DNA of 64,000 bases from Anaerolineae bacterium (GTDB lineage Bacteria; Chloroflexota; Anaerolineae; Aggregatilineales; Phototrophicaceae): positions 23,940-87,939 of the forward strand of contig DAOTUQ010000057.1 in assembly GCA_034437055.1 (NCBI GenBank), read 5' to 3'. Made by a program: the position numbers and the translations under genes. Of this stretch, positions 43,619 through 51,982 are shown in pieces. Under the pieces are notes generated by a model. That model was not told where the DNA came from. It saw nothing but the letters and a program-made list of their open reading frames with translations, and did not search any database. Each line of letters starts with the position of its first letter. Position 1 is the first letter of the stretch.

Positions 43619-45814
43619 ATGCCCAGAATAGGCATCATCATGCTGGCTGAAATCGGCTTGGTATCGCTGGCGCTGGCATTCATCGCGGCGCTGTACGCGA
43701 TTCCGGCGTCGGTCATGGGCGCGCGCGTGGAACGAACCGCGTGGGTCGTCAGCGGACGCAACGCGGCGCTGCTGACATTCCCACTGCTGCTGATCGCGGC
43801 GTTGGCGCTGATGGCGGCACTGGTGGGCGAACACTACGAGATCGCCTACGTTTGGCAGACGACCAATCCGAGTACGCCGCTGTTCTATCGGATCACGGCG
43901 CTGTGGGGGTCACAGCAAGGATCGCTCTTGTTCTGGTGCGTGATCATGGGCGCATTCGCGGCGGCGGCGCTGGCGTTCAACTGGCGCGCGTATCAGCGCT
44001 TGATGCCCTATGTGATTGCCTACACGATGGCGACATTGGCGTTCTTCATCGGCTTGACGCTGCTGCTGGAAAATCCGTTCGCGCGCTATTGGGTGTCGTT
44101 AGAGGGGACATTGATCACCGGCGTGATTCAGCCCGCTGGCGCGCTGCCCATCGCGGCGGATCAGTGGGTGCAGCCGGACGGTACGCTGGTCTTTGCGGTC
44201 AATGCGCCGAACGCTGACGCCGTGCCACTCATGACACGCCTGGGGCAGACGGCGAACGGACTCAACCCGCTCTTGCGACATTTCGGCATGATCATCCATC
44301 CGCCGATGCTGTATTTGGGCTTCACGGGGATGGTGATCCCGTTCGCGTTTGCGATGGCGGCGCTGGCATCTGGCGATCTGTCCACGAATTGGATCAAGGC
44401 GACGCGCCGTTGGAACCTGACGGCGTGGTTGTTCCTCAGTCTCGGCTTAATTCTCGGCGGACGCTGGGCGTATGATGTGCTTGGCTGGGGCGGCTATTGG
44501 GGCTGGGATCCAGTCGAGAACGCGGCGTTCCTCCCATGGCTGATCGGCACCGCTTTCATTCACAGCGTCATGATCCAAGAGAAGCGCGGCATGTTGAAGG
44601 TCTGGAATATGTTCCTCGTGATCTTCACCTTCAGCGCGGTCATTTTCGGCACGTTCGCCACGCGCTCTGGCTTGGTGGACAGCGTTCACAGCTTCGCCCA
44701 AAGCGCGATTGGCGTGCCGATGTTCGCGTTCTGGGCGATCATGACGCTGATTTCTGTTGGGCTGATCCTATATCGCTGGCAGCGCGGCGACCTGAAAGAT
44801 GAAACCCATCGGACGGGCATCCTCAGCCGCGAAACGCTGTTCGTGCTGAACAACGTCGTGTTCGTGGCGCTGACGTTGGCGATCTTCTGGGGCAGCTTTG
44901 GCGCGCCGATCCTCTCAGAATTGTTCATGGGGACGGATATCACGCTCGGCGTCGAATATTTCAATGCCGTGACGCCGCCGCTGTTCCTGATCCTCTACCT
45001 GCTGATGGGCATCGCGCCGCTGTCCGCTTGGGGCGCGATGTCGGTGGGACGCTTGGGGCGCGCGCTGGTCGTCCCGGCGGCGCTAACCGTCGCCTGTTTG
45101 GTCGTCATGGTCATCTTCGGCACACGGCTGCCCGCCGCGCTGGTGGGCTATGGCGCTGTGCTGTTGGCGGGTTTCGTGGCGATCTACGAGACGGCGCGCG
45201 GGGCATGGGCGCGGCGGCGCGCGACGGGCGAAGCGCTGTTGGCGGCGTCGTTAGGCATCTTCGCGCGCAATCGGCGGCGCTACGGCGGCTTCATCGTGCA
45301 TTTGGGCATCAGCGTGATTGGCATCGGCGTAATCGGCTCGACGCTGTATCAGCAGGAAACGCAGCGCACGCTCAATGTGGGCGGCTCGCTGACGTTGGGC
45401 GACTACACCGTGCGCTATGATGGCTTGGACGCCGGACAGATCGCGGAGGATGGGCGCGTGATGGATATCGCCAACCTGACCGTGCTGCGGGATGGCGCAG
45501 AAGTCGCCCAAATCCGTCCGCGTCATGATTTGTTCCCCGGCGACGGCGCGATGAACAGCATGAACATCGCGGGCGCGCACAGCACGCTCGAAACCGATGT
45601 CTACGTTTTGCTCGTCGGGTGGGATACGGACGCCGCGCCCGGTCGGGAATCCGCGACCTTCAAAGTCTACGTCAATCCGCTGATCAATCTGGTCTGGTGG
45701 GGCGGCTTGGTGCTGATCCTCGGCACGCTGATCTCGGTTGCGCCACAAGATTCGCTACCGTCGCGCGTCCGCGCCCAAGTCACGGGGACAAAACGCGCAG
45801 GGGCGGCGGCATGA
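43619..45814 (+). CDS. ccmF: Cytochrome c haem lyase subunit CcmF
   Basis: WWD motif WGGYWGWDPVENAAFLPWL, at least 12 TMs and typical size. The start could instead be ATG 43640. Confidence 0.93.
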   Translation: MPRIGIIMLAEIGLVSLALAFIAALYAIPASVMGARVERTAWVVSGRNAALLTFPLLLIAALALMAALVGEHYEIAYVWQTTNPSTPLFYRITALWGSQQGSLLFWCVIMGAFAAAALAFNWRAYQRLMPYVIAYTMATLAFFIGLTLLLENPFARYWVSLEGTLITGVIQPAGALPIAADQWVQPDGTLVFAVNAPNADAVPLMTRLGQTANGLNPLLRHFGMIIHPPMLYLGFTGMVIPFAFAMAALASGDLSTNWIKATRRWNLTAWLFLSLGLILGGRWAYDVLGWGGYWGWDPVENAAFLPWLIGTAFIHSVMIQEKRGMLKVWNMFLVIFTFSAVIFGTFATRSGLVDSVHSFAQSAIGVPMFAFWAIMTLISVGLILYRWQRGDLKDETHRTGILSRETLFVLNNVVFVALTLAIFWGSFGAPILSELFMGTDITLGVEYFNAVTPPLFLILYLLMGIAPLSAWGAMSVGRLGRALVVPAALTVACLVVMVIFGTRLPAALVGYGAVLLAGFVAIYETARGAWARRRATGEALLAASLGIFARNRRRYGGFIVHLGISVIGIGVIGSTLYQQETQRTLNVGGSLTLGDYTVRYDGLDAGQIAEDGRVMDIANLTVLRDGAEVAQIRPRHDLFPGDGAMNSMNIAGAHSTLETDVYVLLVGWDTDAAPGRESATFKVYVNPLINLVWWGGLVLILGTLISVAPQDSLPSRVRAQVTGTKRAGAAA

Positions 45815-46323
45815 TGGGCATTTTTTTTACGCACAGGACTAGTGCGTCTTGGTTCGATTTTCGCTCGTTTTCTCTGCGTCTCTGCGTTCTCTGCGTGCTG
45901 CTTTTCGCCACTCCCGTATTTGCACAGACACCTGTGACAGCGGACGCTGTGAACGCCGTCGCCAAACGTCTGTACTGTCCAGTGTGCGAGAATCAGCCGC
46001 TCGATACGTGCATGACCGAAGCATGTTACCGTTGGCGCGACGAAATCCGCGTTCAGTTGGAGGCGGGCAGCACGACGGATCAGGTCGTGGCAGATTTCGT
46101 GCTGCGCTTTGGCGAGCGCGCTGTCGGGACGCCGCTCGATCCAGCGTTACGCGCGCTGACGCTGGTGACGCCGTTCGCGCTGGCGGCGCTGGCGCTGATC
46201 GGCGGCGTGTTCACGTTCGCGCGCTGGCGGGGACGGAGCGCGCGGGCGCCAATGCGCGCTGCGGCGCTGCAACCCAACGATGATGATTACTTGGCGCAAG
46301 TCGAGCGGGATTTACGCGGATGA
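45811..46323 (+). CDS. ccmH: CcmH/CycL-type cytochrome c biogenesis thiol-redox protein
   Basis: LYCPVCENQPLDTC (compare the CcmH LRCxxC motif) and a C-terminal TM. ATGA overlap with ccmF. The signal peptide is encoded by a TCTCTGCG tandem-repeat sequence. Confidence 0.8.
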   Translation: MMGIFFTHRTSASWFDFRSFSLRLCVLCVLLFATPVFAQTPVTADAVNAVAKRLYCPVCENQPLDTCMTEACYRWRDEIRVQLEAGSTTDQVVADFVLRFGERAVGTPLDPALRALTLVTPFALAALALIGGVFTFARWRGRSARAPMRAAALQPNDDDYLAQVERDLRG

Positions 46324-47228
46324 GCCACCACCACGTCGAACGCTTGGAACGCGCCCGCGTCGCGCTCGAAGGCTTGTCCGTCGGGGACGCGCTCGGCGGG
46401 TGGTTCGAGATGAGCGCGCCGACTGAAGCTGATCGATTGGCGCGGCTGCCCAAAGGCACATGGCAGTTCACCGACGACACCAACATGGCGCTGTCGATCT
46501 ACGCGGTCTTGCGCCAGTATTGGCACATCGATCAGGCTGCGCTGGCACGCAGTTTCGCGGCGCACTTCGATCCCCGACGCGGCTACGGCATGGGCGCGAT
46601 CCGGTTGCTTCAGCGGATTCAGGGCGGCGCGGATTGGCGCACCGAGTCAAAGCTGATGTTTCGCGGCGAAGGGTCGTTCGGCAACGGCGGCGCGATGCGC
46701 GTCACGCCGTTGGGCGCGTATTTCGCGGACGATCTGGCGCTGTGCGTCGAGCAAGCACGCTTGTCGGCTGAAATCACACACGCGCACGCCGAAGGGATTG
46801 CGGGCAGCATCGCGGCAGCGGTGGCGGCAGCCGTCGCGTGGAACGCGCGCGGCGACATACTGACGCGGCGCGCCTTTGTGGAGCGCATCCTCCCGCATGT
46901 GCCGGAAAGCAATGTGAAACGCAAGCTGGAACAGGCGCGCGATCTTCGTGCGGACGCATCGTTAGCCGCTGCCGTCGCCATGTTGGGCAACGGTTCGCTG
47001 ATTTCAGCGGAAGATACCGTCGGCTTCTGCGTGTGGGCGGCGGGCGAAACCTTGACCGATTATGCGAGCGCGATGCGCACGATGGTGCGCGCGGGCGGCG
47101 ACGTGGATACCAACTGCGCGATTGTCGGCGGGATCGTCGCCGCGCACACAGGCGCGGACGCGATTCCGGCAGCGTGGTTACAGTCGCGCGAGATGCTGCC
47201 GGGCTGGACATTCGAGGAACTACAATGA
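46320..47228 (+). CDS. ADP-ribosylglycohydrolase family protein
   Basis: LSVGDALGG, FTDDTNMAL, GNGGAMRVTPLG and GGDVDTNCAIVGGI. ATGA overlap with ccmH. Confidence 0.85.
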   Translation: MSHHHVERLERARVALEGLSVGDALGGWFEMSAPTEADRLARLPKGTWQFTDDTNMALSIYAVLRQYWHIDQAALARSFAAHFDPRRGYGMGAIRLLQRIQGGADWRTESKLMFRGEGSFGNGGAMRVTPLGAYFADDLALCVEQARLSAEITHAHAEGIAGSIAAAVAAAVAWNARGDILTRRAFVERILPHVPESNVKRKLEQARDLRADASLAAAVAMLGNGSLISAEDTVGFCVWAAGETLTDYASAMRTMVRAGGDVDTNCAIVGGIVAAHTGADAIPAAWLQSREMLPGWTFEELQ

Positions 47229-47237
47229 TTCTGACAA

Positions 47238-47306
47238 CCCACTCTCCGATACGGAGAGAGGGGAATGTTTCCCCTCTCTACATCGAGACGGGGTTGGAGG
47301 GTGCAG
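47238..47306. repeat. Palindromic repeat family copy R2
   Basis: CTCTCCG-ATA-CGGAGAG, AGGGGAA-TG-TTCCCCT and CCCCTCTCTACATCGAGACGGGGTTGGAGGGTG. This is nearly identical in design to 60491-60513 and related to 25200-25249. Confidence 0.8.
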
Positions 47307-47325
47307 CTTGCCTTATGAGGACGCT

Positions 47326-47916
47326 ATGACTGATTTGGACTTTCTCCAAGACGACGAATCAGAACCGAAAAAAGGCGGCTTTCGCCTCAATCTCGGTTCG
47401 TTGATGCTGCTGGCTGGGATCGTCGTCGTCGTACTGATTGTCGGGCTGGCGCTGGCGCGGCAGGGTCAATCGCAGCCGACGGCGGGCATCGCGCCCGATT
47501 TCAGCGTGACCACCTTCGATGGGCAGCCGTTCACGCTGTCCGCGCAGCGCGGCAAGGTCGTGATCCTCAACTTTTGGGCGTCATGGTGTGGACCTTGCCG
47601 CGTCGAAGCGCCGATTTTGGAACGGTTGTGGCAAGATTACCGGGATCGCGGCGTCGTCGTCTTGGGCGTGACCTATGCCGACAACGAACGCGACTCGCGC
47701 GCCTTCATCGATGCGTTCAACATGACCTATCCGAACGCACAGGATGTCGGCACGGTGATCACAAAAGATCGTTATCACATCACCGGCGTGCCAGAGACGT
47801 TCATCATCGCCCCCGACGGCGAAATCGCGCGCTTCATCTTCGCGGACATCGACGCGCAAGACGATATCGAAATTCGCGCGCTGATCGATGCGCTGTTAGC
47901 TGAGGACGCGGCATGA
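47326..47916 (+). CDS. ccmG: Thiol:disulfide oxidoreductase CcmG/DsbE/ResA-like (TlpA family)
   Basis: N-terminal TM and WASWCGPC. Start chosen at ATG 47326 (GAGGA RBS). Confidence 0.88.
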   Translation: MTDLDFLQDDESEPKKGGFRLNLGSLMLLAGIVVVVLIVGLALARQGQSQPTAGIAPDFSVTTFDGQPFTLSAQRGKVVILNFWASWCGPCRVEAPILERLWQDYRDRGVVVLGVTYADNERDSRAFIDAFNMTYPNAQDVGTVITKDRYHITGVPETFIIAPDGEIARFIFADIDAQDDIEIRALIDALLAEDAA

Positions 47917-48317
47917 GCATCGCCGGACTGATCGCCGCGCTGCTCTTGACCAGCCTCGTCGTGCTGGTGATCGCGCTCCCGCTGATCATGCACCGCGCCG
48001 ACGGGGACGCCGACGAACGCACGCAGAAGCGGCGCGACCGCATCACCGTCTATTACGAGCGCGTCCTGCGCAATCTGCACGACCTCGACGAAGATTTCGC
48101 GCTCGGCAAGCTGGACGCCGACGATTACGGGCGGGATCGCGCGCTGTGGTTGGAACGTGGCGCGGCGGCGCTGCGGGCGCTCGATGAATTGAACGCAACC
48201 TCCCCCGCCGCCGCTCTATTTGGAGTGGGCGAGAGCGACGATGGGCAGATCGACGATGCAGCGGTCGAGGCGGCGATCCGCGCCTACCGCCAGAAACAGG
48301 AACAGCATGAGGGATAA
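47913..48317 (+). CDS. Small single-TM protein embedded in the ccm cluster (CcmD/CcmI-N-like role possible)
   Basis: ATGA overlap with ccmG. The TM IAGLIAALLLTSLVVLVIALPLI is followed by a charged helical tail. Confidence 0.6.
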   Translation: MSIAGLIAALLLTSLVVLVIALPLIMHRADGDADERTQKRRDRITVYYERVLRNLHDLDEDFALGKLDADDYGRDRALWLERGAAALRALDELNATSPAAALFGVGESDDGQIDDAAVEAAIRAYRQKQEQHEG

Positions 48318-50277
48318 AAGCTTGTTTCAACGCAGAGAAGGCAGACGAACGCAGAGAAAAAATATCGTTTTGTCCTTTTCCGCGTTCCTCTGCATTTTCA
48401 TCGTTTCTGGCTGTTCCGGCTTGGGCGGCGAACCGCGCATCGTCGCCACCATCCCGCCGCCGACCGCGACGACGCAGCCGCGTCCGCCGTCCCTACAGCC
48501 CGATATCGCCATCGGCGCGGGCATCTTCGCGGCGCGCTGTGCCACCTGTCATGGCGGCGGCGGCGCGGGCGATGGCGAATTGGTGGCGTCGGGTCAAGTC
48601 CCCGTAATGGCGAGTTTCACCAACGCGGCGACAGCGCGCGGTCAGCGCCCAACGCAATGGTACGGCACGATCACCAATGGGCGCATCGAAAATTTGATGC
48701 CGCCGTGGGCGGACGCGCTCTCGGAGTCCGAACGCTGGGCGGTCGCGCTCTACAGCTATACGCTGCAATACGACTTGGAAATGCTGACATTGGGGCGCAC
48801 GGTCTACGGTGATTTTTGTGCATCGTGTCACGGCGACAGCGGGCGCGGCGACGGCGTGGACGCGCCGACGCTGCGCGAACATCCCGGCGATCTGACCGAC
48901 CCCGAAGCGATGATGATCCTCAGCGACAATCATATGTACGTTGCGGTCAACGAGGGTGCGGGCGAGATGCCCGCCTTCGCAGACGATTTGTCTGAGGAAG
49001 AACAGCGCGCCGTCGTGGCGTACACGCGCACGCTGGCATTGGCGAACGCCGATGCGGTTGGGGTGATTGACACGGGCGCGCAAAGTACGGGCGCGCAAGT
49101 GCCGCCCCCCGTCGCTACCGCCGAAATTGGCACAGCGAATGATGCCGAGACGACGCCTGAACTCGCCCGCATCGGCACGATTACGGGACGCATCGCCAAC
49201 GGAACAGCCGGCGGCACGCTGCCAGCGGCGCTCGATGTGCTGGTGTACCGTTTGGATGCCGATTTCGCGCGCACGCAGTTCGAGACGACGACCGACGCGG
49301 CGGGCGCGTACCGCATCGACGGTGTGCCGCTCGATCCAGCCTCGAATTATGTGGCGGCGGTCACGTATCGGGAGCGCGTGTTTGCCAGCGCCGTCAGCGT
49401 GGGCGACGGGGACGCGCTCGATCTCCCGGTTACGATCTACGAACTGACCGAAGACCCCGCTATCATCGAGATCACGGGCATGGTGACGCAGATCAACGCC
49501 GTTGGATCGAACTTGGAAATTGCGCAAGTGCTGACGATGCGCAACACGTCGGATCGCGCCTTCTCCAGCAGCCAAACGACCGACGATGGACGTCCGATCT
49601 CGGTCGTGATCAGCTTGCCGCCGGGCGCGGTTGTGGCAGGGATGGTCGATCCGACGCGCTACGTCGTCGCGGAAGAAGAATACCTCGTCTTGGATACGTT
49701 TCCGGTCATGCCGCGCGAAGAACACGTCGTCCAATTGGTCTACATCATTCCGTATGACGCGGGTGGCGCGATTATCGAACAAACGCTGAATTACGCGCTC
49801 ACGGGTCCGGTGCGCGTCCTGCTCTCGCCGGACAGCGTGCGCGCGACCAGCGATCAACTGTCCGCGCTCGGCGACGAAACCATCGGGAATCGGGTTGTTC
49901 AGTCGTATGGCGGGTCGCTCAATCTGCCCGCTGGCGCGTCGCTGCGCTACGACATCAGCGGCGCGCCGCAATCCGTCGCGGCGGCGGATCGCGGCGTCGA
50001 GTCGGTCGCGGTGGACAATTTGCCGCTGATCATCCTGTTGATCGCGGGCGCGCAAGTCGTGATTTTGGGCGGACTGTACGTTATTTTCGCGCGTCGCCGC
50101 TCGCGCAAGCCTGCATTGACCGCCGCGCAACTGATGGACGCGCTGATCCGCCAAATCGCGGAACTGGACGCCGAGTATGAAGCGCGCAAAGTCGAAAAAT
50201 CGGTCTACGAACGCCAGCGCGCGCTGTTGAAAGAGCGACTGGCGGCAGTCATGGAGAGAGATAGGACTGAGGACTGA
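48307..50277 (+). CDS. Dihaem cytochrome c lipoprotein fused to beta-sandwich-like domains, a C-terminal TM and a coiled tail
   Basis: Start chosen at ATG 48307. Lipobox IVSGC, CATCH and CASCH, GRIANGT...AAGAYRIDGVP (carboxypeptidase-regulatory-like), and the TM LPLIILLIAGAQVVILGGLYVIF. Confidence 0.8.
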   Translation: MRDKSLFQRREGRRTQRKNIVLSFSAFLCIFIVSGCSGLGGEPRIVATIPPPTATTQPRPPSLQPDIAIGAGIFAARCATCHGGGGAGDGELVASGQVPVMASFTNAATARGQRPTQWYGTITNGRIENLMPPWADALSESERWAVALYSYTLQYDLEMLTLGRTVYGDFCASCHGDSGRGDGVDAPTLREHPGDLTDPEAMMILSDNHMYVAVNEGAGEMPAFADDLSEEEQRAVVAYTRTLALANADAVGVIDTGAQSTGAQVPPPVATAEIGTANDAETTPELARIGTITGRIANGTAGGTLPAALDVLVYRLDADFARTQFETTTDAAGAYRIDGVPLDPASNYVAAVTYRERVFASAVSVGDGDALDLPVTIYELTEDPAIIEITGMVTQINAVGSNLEIAQVLTMRNTSDRAFSSSQTTDDGRPISVVISLPPGAVVAGMVDPTRYVVAEEEYLVLDTFPVMPREEHVVQLVYIIPYDAGGAIIEQTLNYALTGPVRVLLSPDSVRATSDQLSALGDETIGNRVVQSYGGSLNLPAGASLRYDISGAPQSVAAADRGVESVAVDNLPLIILLIAGAQVVILGGLYVIFARRRSRKPALTAAQLMDALIRQIAELDAEYEARKVEKSVYERQRALLKERLAAVMERDRTED

Positions 50278-50436
50278 GGAAAAAGGACTGAGTAAAAGCG
50301 TTCTCATGGAAGCCGAAAATCGATCACAAAGTCTGTAGAGCGTCCCGCCAAGACGCCCCGACAGCGTTTGTGGTCGATGTTGACCCTGCATGAGAAACCG
50401 CCCGCACTCAGTCCTCAGTCCTTTTCCCTAAGTCCT
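50263..50436. mobile_element. MITE-like structured element with terminal inverted repeats of about 30 bp built from GGACTGAG units
   Basis: Left arm AGGACTGAGGACTGAGGAAAAAGGACTGAGT. Right arm ACTCAGTCCTCAGTCCTTTTCCCTAAGTCCT. A nested stem pairs ATCGATCACAAA with TTTGTGGTCGAT. It lies between the cytochrome c stop (inside the left arm) and the ccmA ATG. Confidence 0.7.
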
Positions 50437-50441
50437 CACTG

Positions 50442-51152
50442 ATGGCACTCATCGAAGTACGCGGACTCACCAAAACCTATGGCTTCGCGCCCGCGCTGCG
50501 CAAACTGGATTTGACGGTTGAGCGTGGCGAATGCGTCGCCCTGCTCGGCGCGAACGGCAGCGGTAAATCGACGCTGATCCGCTGTCTCTGCGCGTTGAGC
50601 AAGCCGACCGCTGGCACTATCACGATTGGCGGTTGGTCGCTCCCGCGCGAAGCCGCCGCTGTGCGCGCGCAAATCGGACTCGTCGCACACAAGCCGCTGA
50701 TCTACGACGGGTTGACCGCGCGCGAAAATCTGGCGTTCTTCGCGCGGCTGTACGGCGTGGCGTCCGCACGAATCGATATCGTCTTGGAGCAGGTCGGGCT
50801 GACCAAACGCGCCGACGACCCCGCGCGGACGTATTCGCGCGGGATGATGCAGCGCCTCAGCATTGCGCGCGCGATTTTGCATGAGCCGGAGGTGCTGCTG
50901 CTCGATGAGCCGTACACCGGACTCGACGCCGATTCGTCTGCTGCGCTCGACGCGCTGCTGCGCACCATGCACGCGGACGGCGGCACGATCCTGATGGCGC
51001 TGCATGACTTCGAGCGCGCGGCGCGGATGGCATCGCGCGTCGCCATCCTCGCGCGCGGACAAATCGCCTATGACAGCGCGACGAGCGGCGCTTTTCCCCG
51101 CGATCCGGCGGCATTGTCCGCGATCTATGCGCAAATGAGCGTGCGGGCATGA
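50442..51152 (+). CDS. ccmA: Haem exporter ATP-binding protein CcmA
   Basis: GANGSGKST, YSRGMMQRLSIARA and LLLDEPYTGLD. Followed by ccmB. Confidence 0.88.
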   Translation: MALIEVRGLTKTYGFAPALRKLDLTVERGECVALLGANGSGKSTLIRCLCALSKPTAGTITIGGWSLPREAAAVRAQIGLVAHKPLIYDGLTARENLAFFARLYGVASARIDIVLEQVGLTKRADDPARTYSRGMMQRLSIARAILHEPEVLLLDEPYTGLDADSSAALDALLRTMHADGGTILMALHDFERAARMASRVAILARGQIAYDSATSGAFPRDPAALSAIYAQMSVRA

Positions 51153-51826
51153 TCAAGACGCCGTTTTTTCGGGCAGCCGTCGCCATCGCGCGCAAAGATA
51201 TCCGCGCCGAATTTCGCAGCCGCGAACTGATCAGCCTGATGGGCTTGTTCGCACTGTTGAGCATCCTCGTGTTCAGCTTCGCGCTCGAACTCAACCGTGA
51301 GGTGCGCGTCGAGGCGGTTGGCGGCGTGCTGTGGGTGACGATCTTATTTGCCAGTATCTTGGGGCTGAACCGCAGCATGACGATGGAGCGCGAGGGCGGC
51401 GGCATGGACGCGCTCTTGCTCGCGCCCATTGACCGCGCCGCCGTGTTCGTCGGCAAGTTAGCGGCGAATGGGTTGTTTGCGCTGCTGGTGGGTGTTTTTC
51501 TCATGCCGATCCTGTCCGCGCTGTACAACGTCTCGCTGTTGCAACCCGTCATGTTCGGCGCGTTGGCGTTGGGGACGTTCGGGCTGGCGACGATTGGCAC
51601 GCTGCTGGCGGCGCTGATCGGCGCGACCCGCGCGCGCGAAAGTCTGCTGCCCGTGTTGATGCTGCCGCTGGCGCTGCCGATCCTAATCACGGTCACGCGC
51701 GCCACTAACGCGATTTTGAGCGGCACGGTGGCTGATTCGGGCGCGTGGCTGTCCGGCTTGTTGGTCGTAGACATTGTGTACGCGGTCATGTGCGCATGGC
51801 TGTTCGAGATCGTGGCGGAAGAATGA
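51149..51826 (+). CDS. ccmB: Haem exporter permease CcmB
   Basis: Six-TM protein of CcmB size and pattern. ATGA overlap with ccmA. Confidence 0.85.
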   Translation: MIKTPFFRAAVAIARKDIRAEFRSRELISLMGLFALLSILVFSFALELNREVRVEAVGGVLWVTILFASILGLNRSMTMEREGGGMDALLLAPIDRAAVFVGKLAANGLFALLVGVFLMPILSALYNVSLLQPVMFGALALGTFGLATIGTLLAALIGATRARESLLPVLMLPLALPILITVTRATNAILSGTVADSGAWLSGLLVVDIVYAVMCAWLFEIVAEE

Positions 51827-51982
51827 CAAGGACAGCGATGCGTGCTGAGTCATGAGTGACCAGCCAAACCCGCGCGCATGGCACGCCCTACGCTTTTTCT
51901 CAGCACCCATCATACATTTCTGATCACTTTTCTATAGATTTCTTGAGGTTTTTTAGTCGATATGTTATGATTTTCGGCAATT

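Noticed and set aside
43561-43625. Small hairpins (ATGGC-GT-GCCAT, GGCATGG-TTT-GCCATGCC) between ccmE and ccmF as a regulatory element
   Set aside because: The stems are short (5-7 bp) in a GC-rich spacer. This is insufficient to distinguish from chance.
48493-50391. 632-aa minus-strand ORF
   Set aside because: It is antisense to the dihaem cytochrome c lipoprotein. It is extremely Arg-rich with no motifs.
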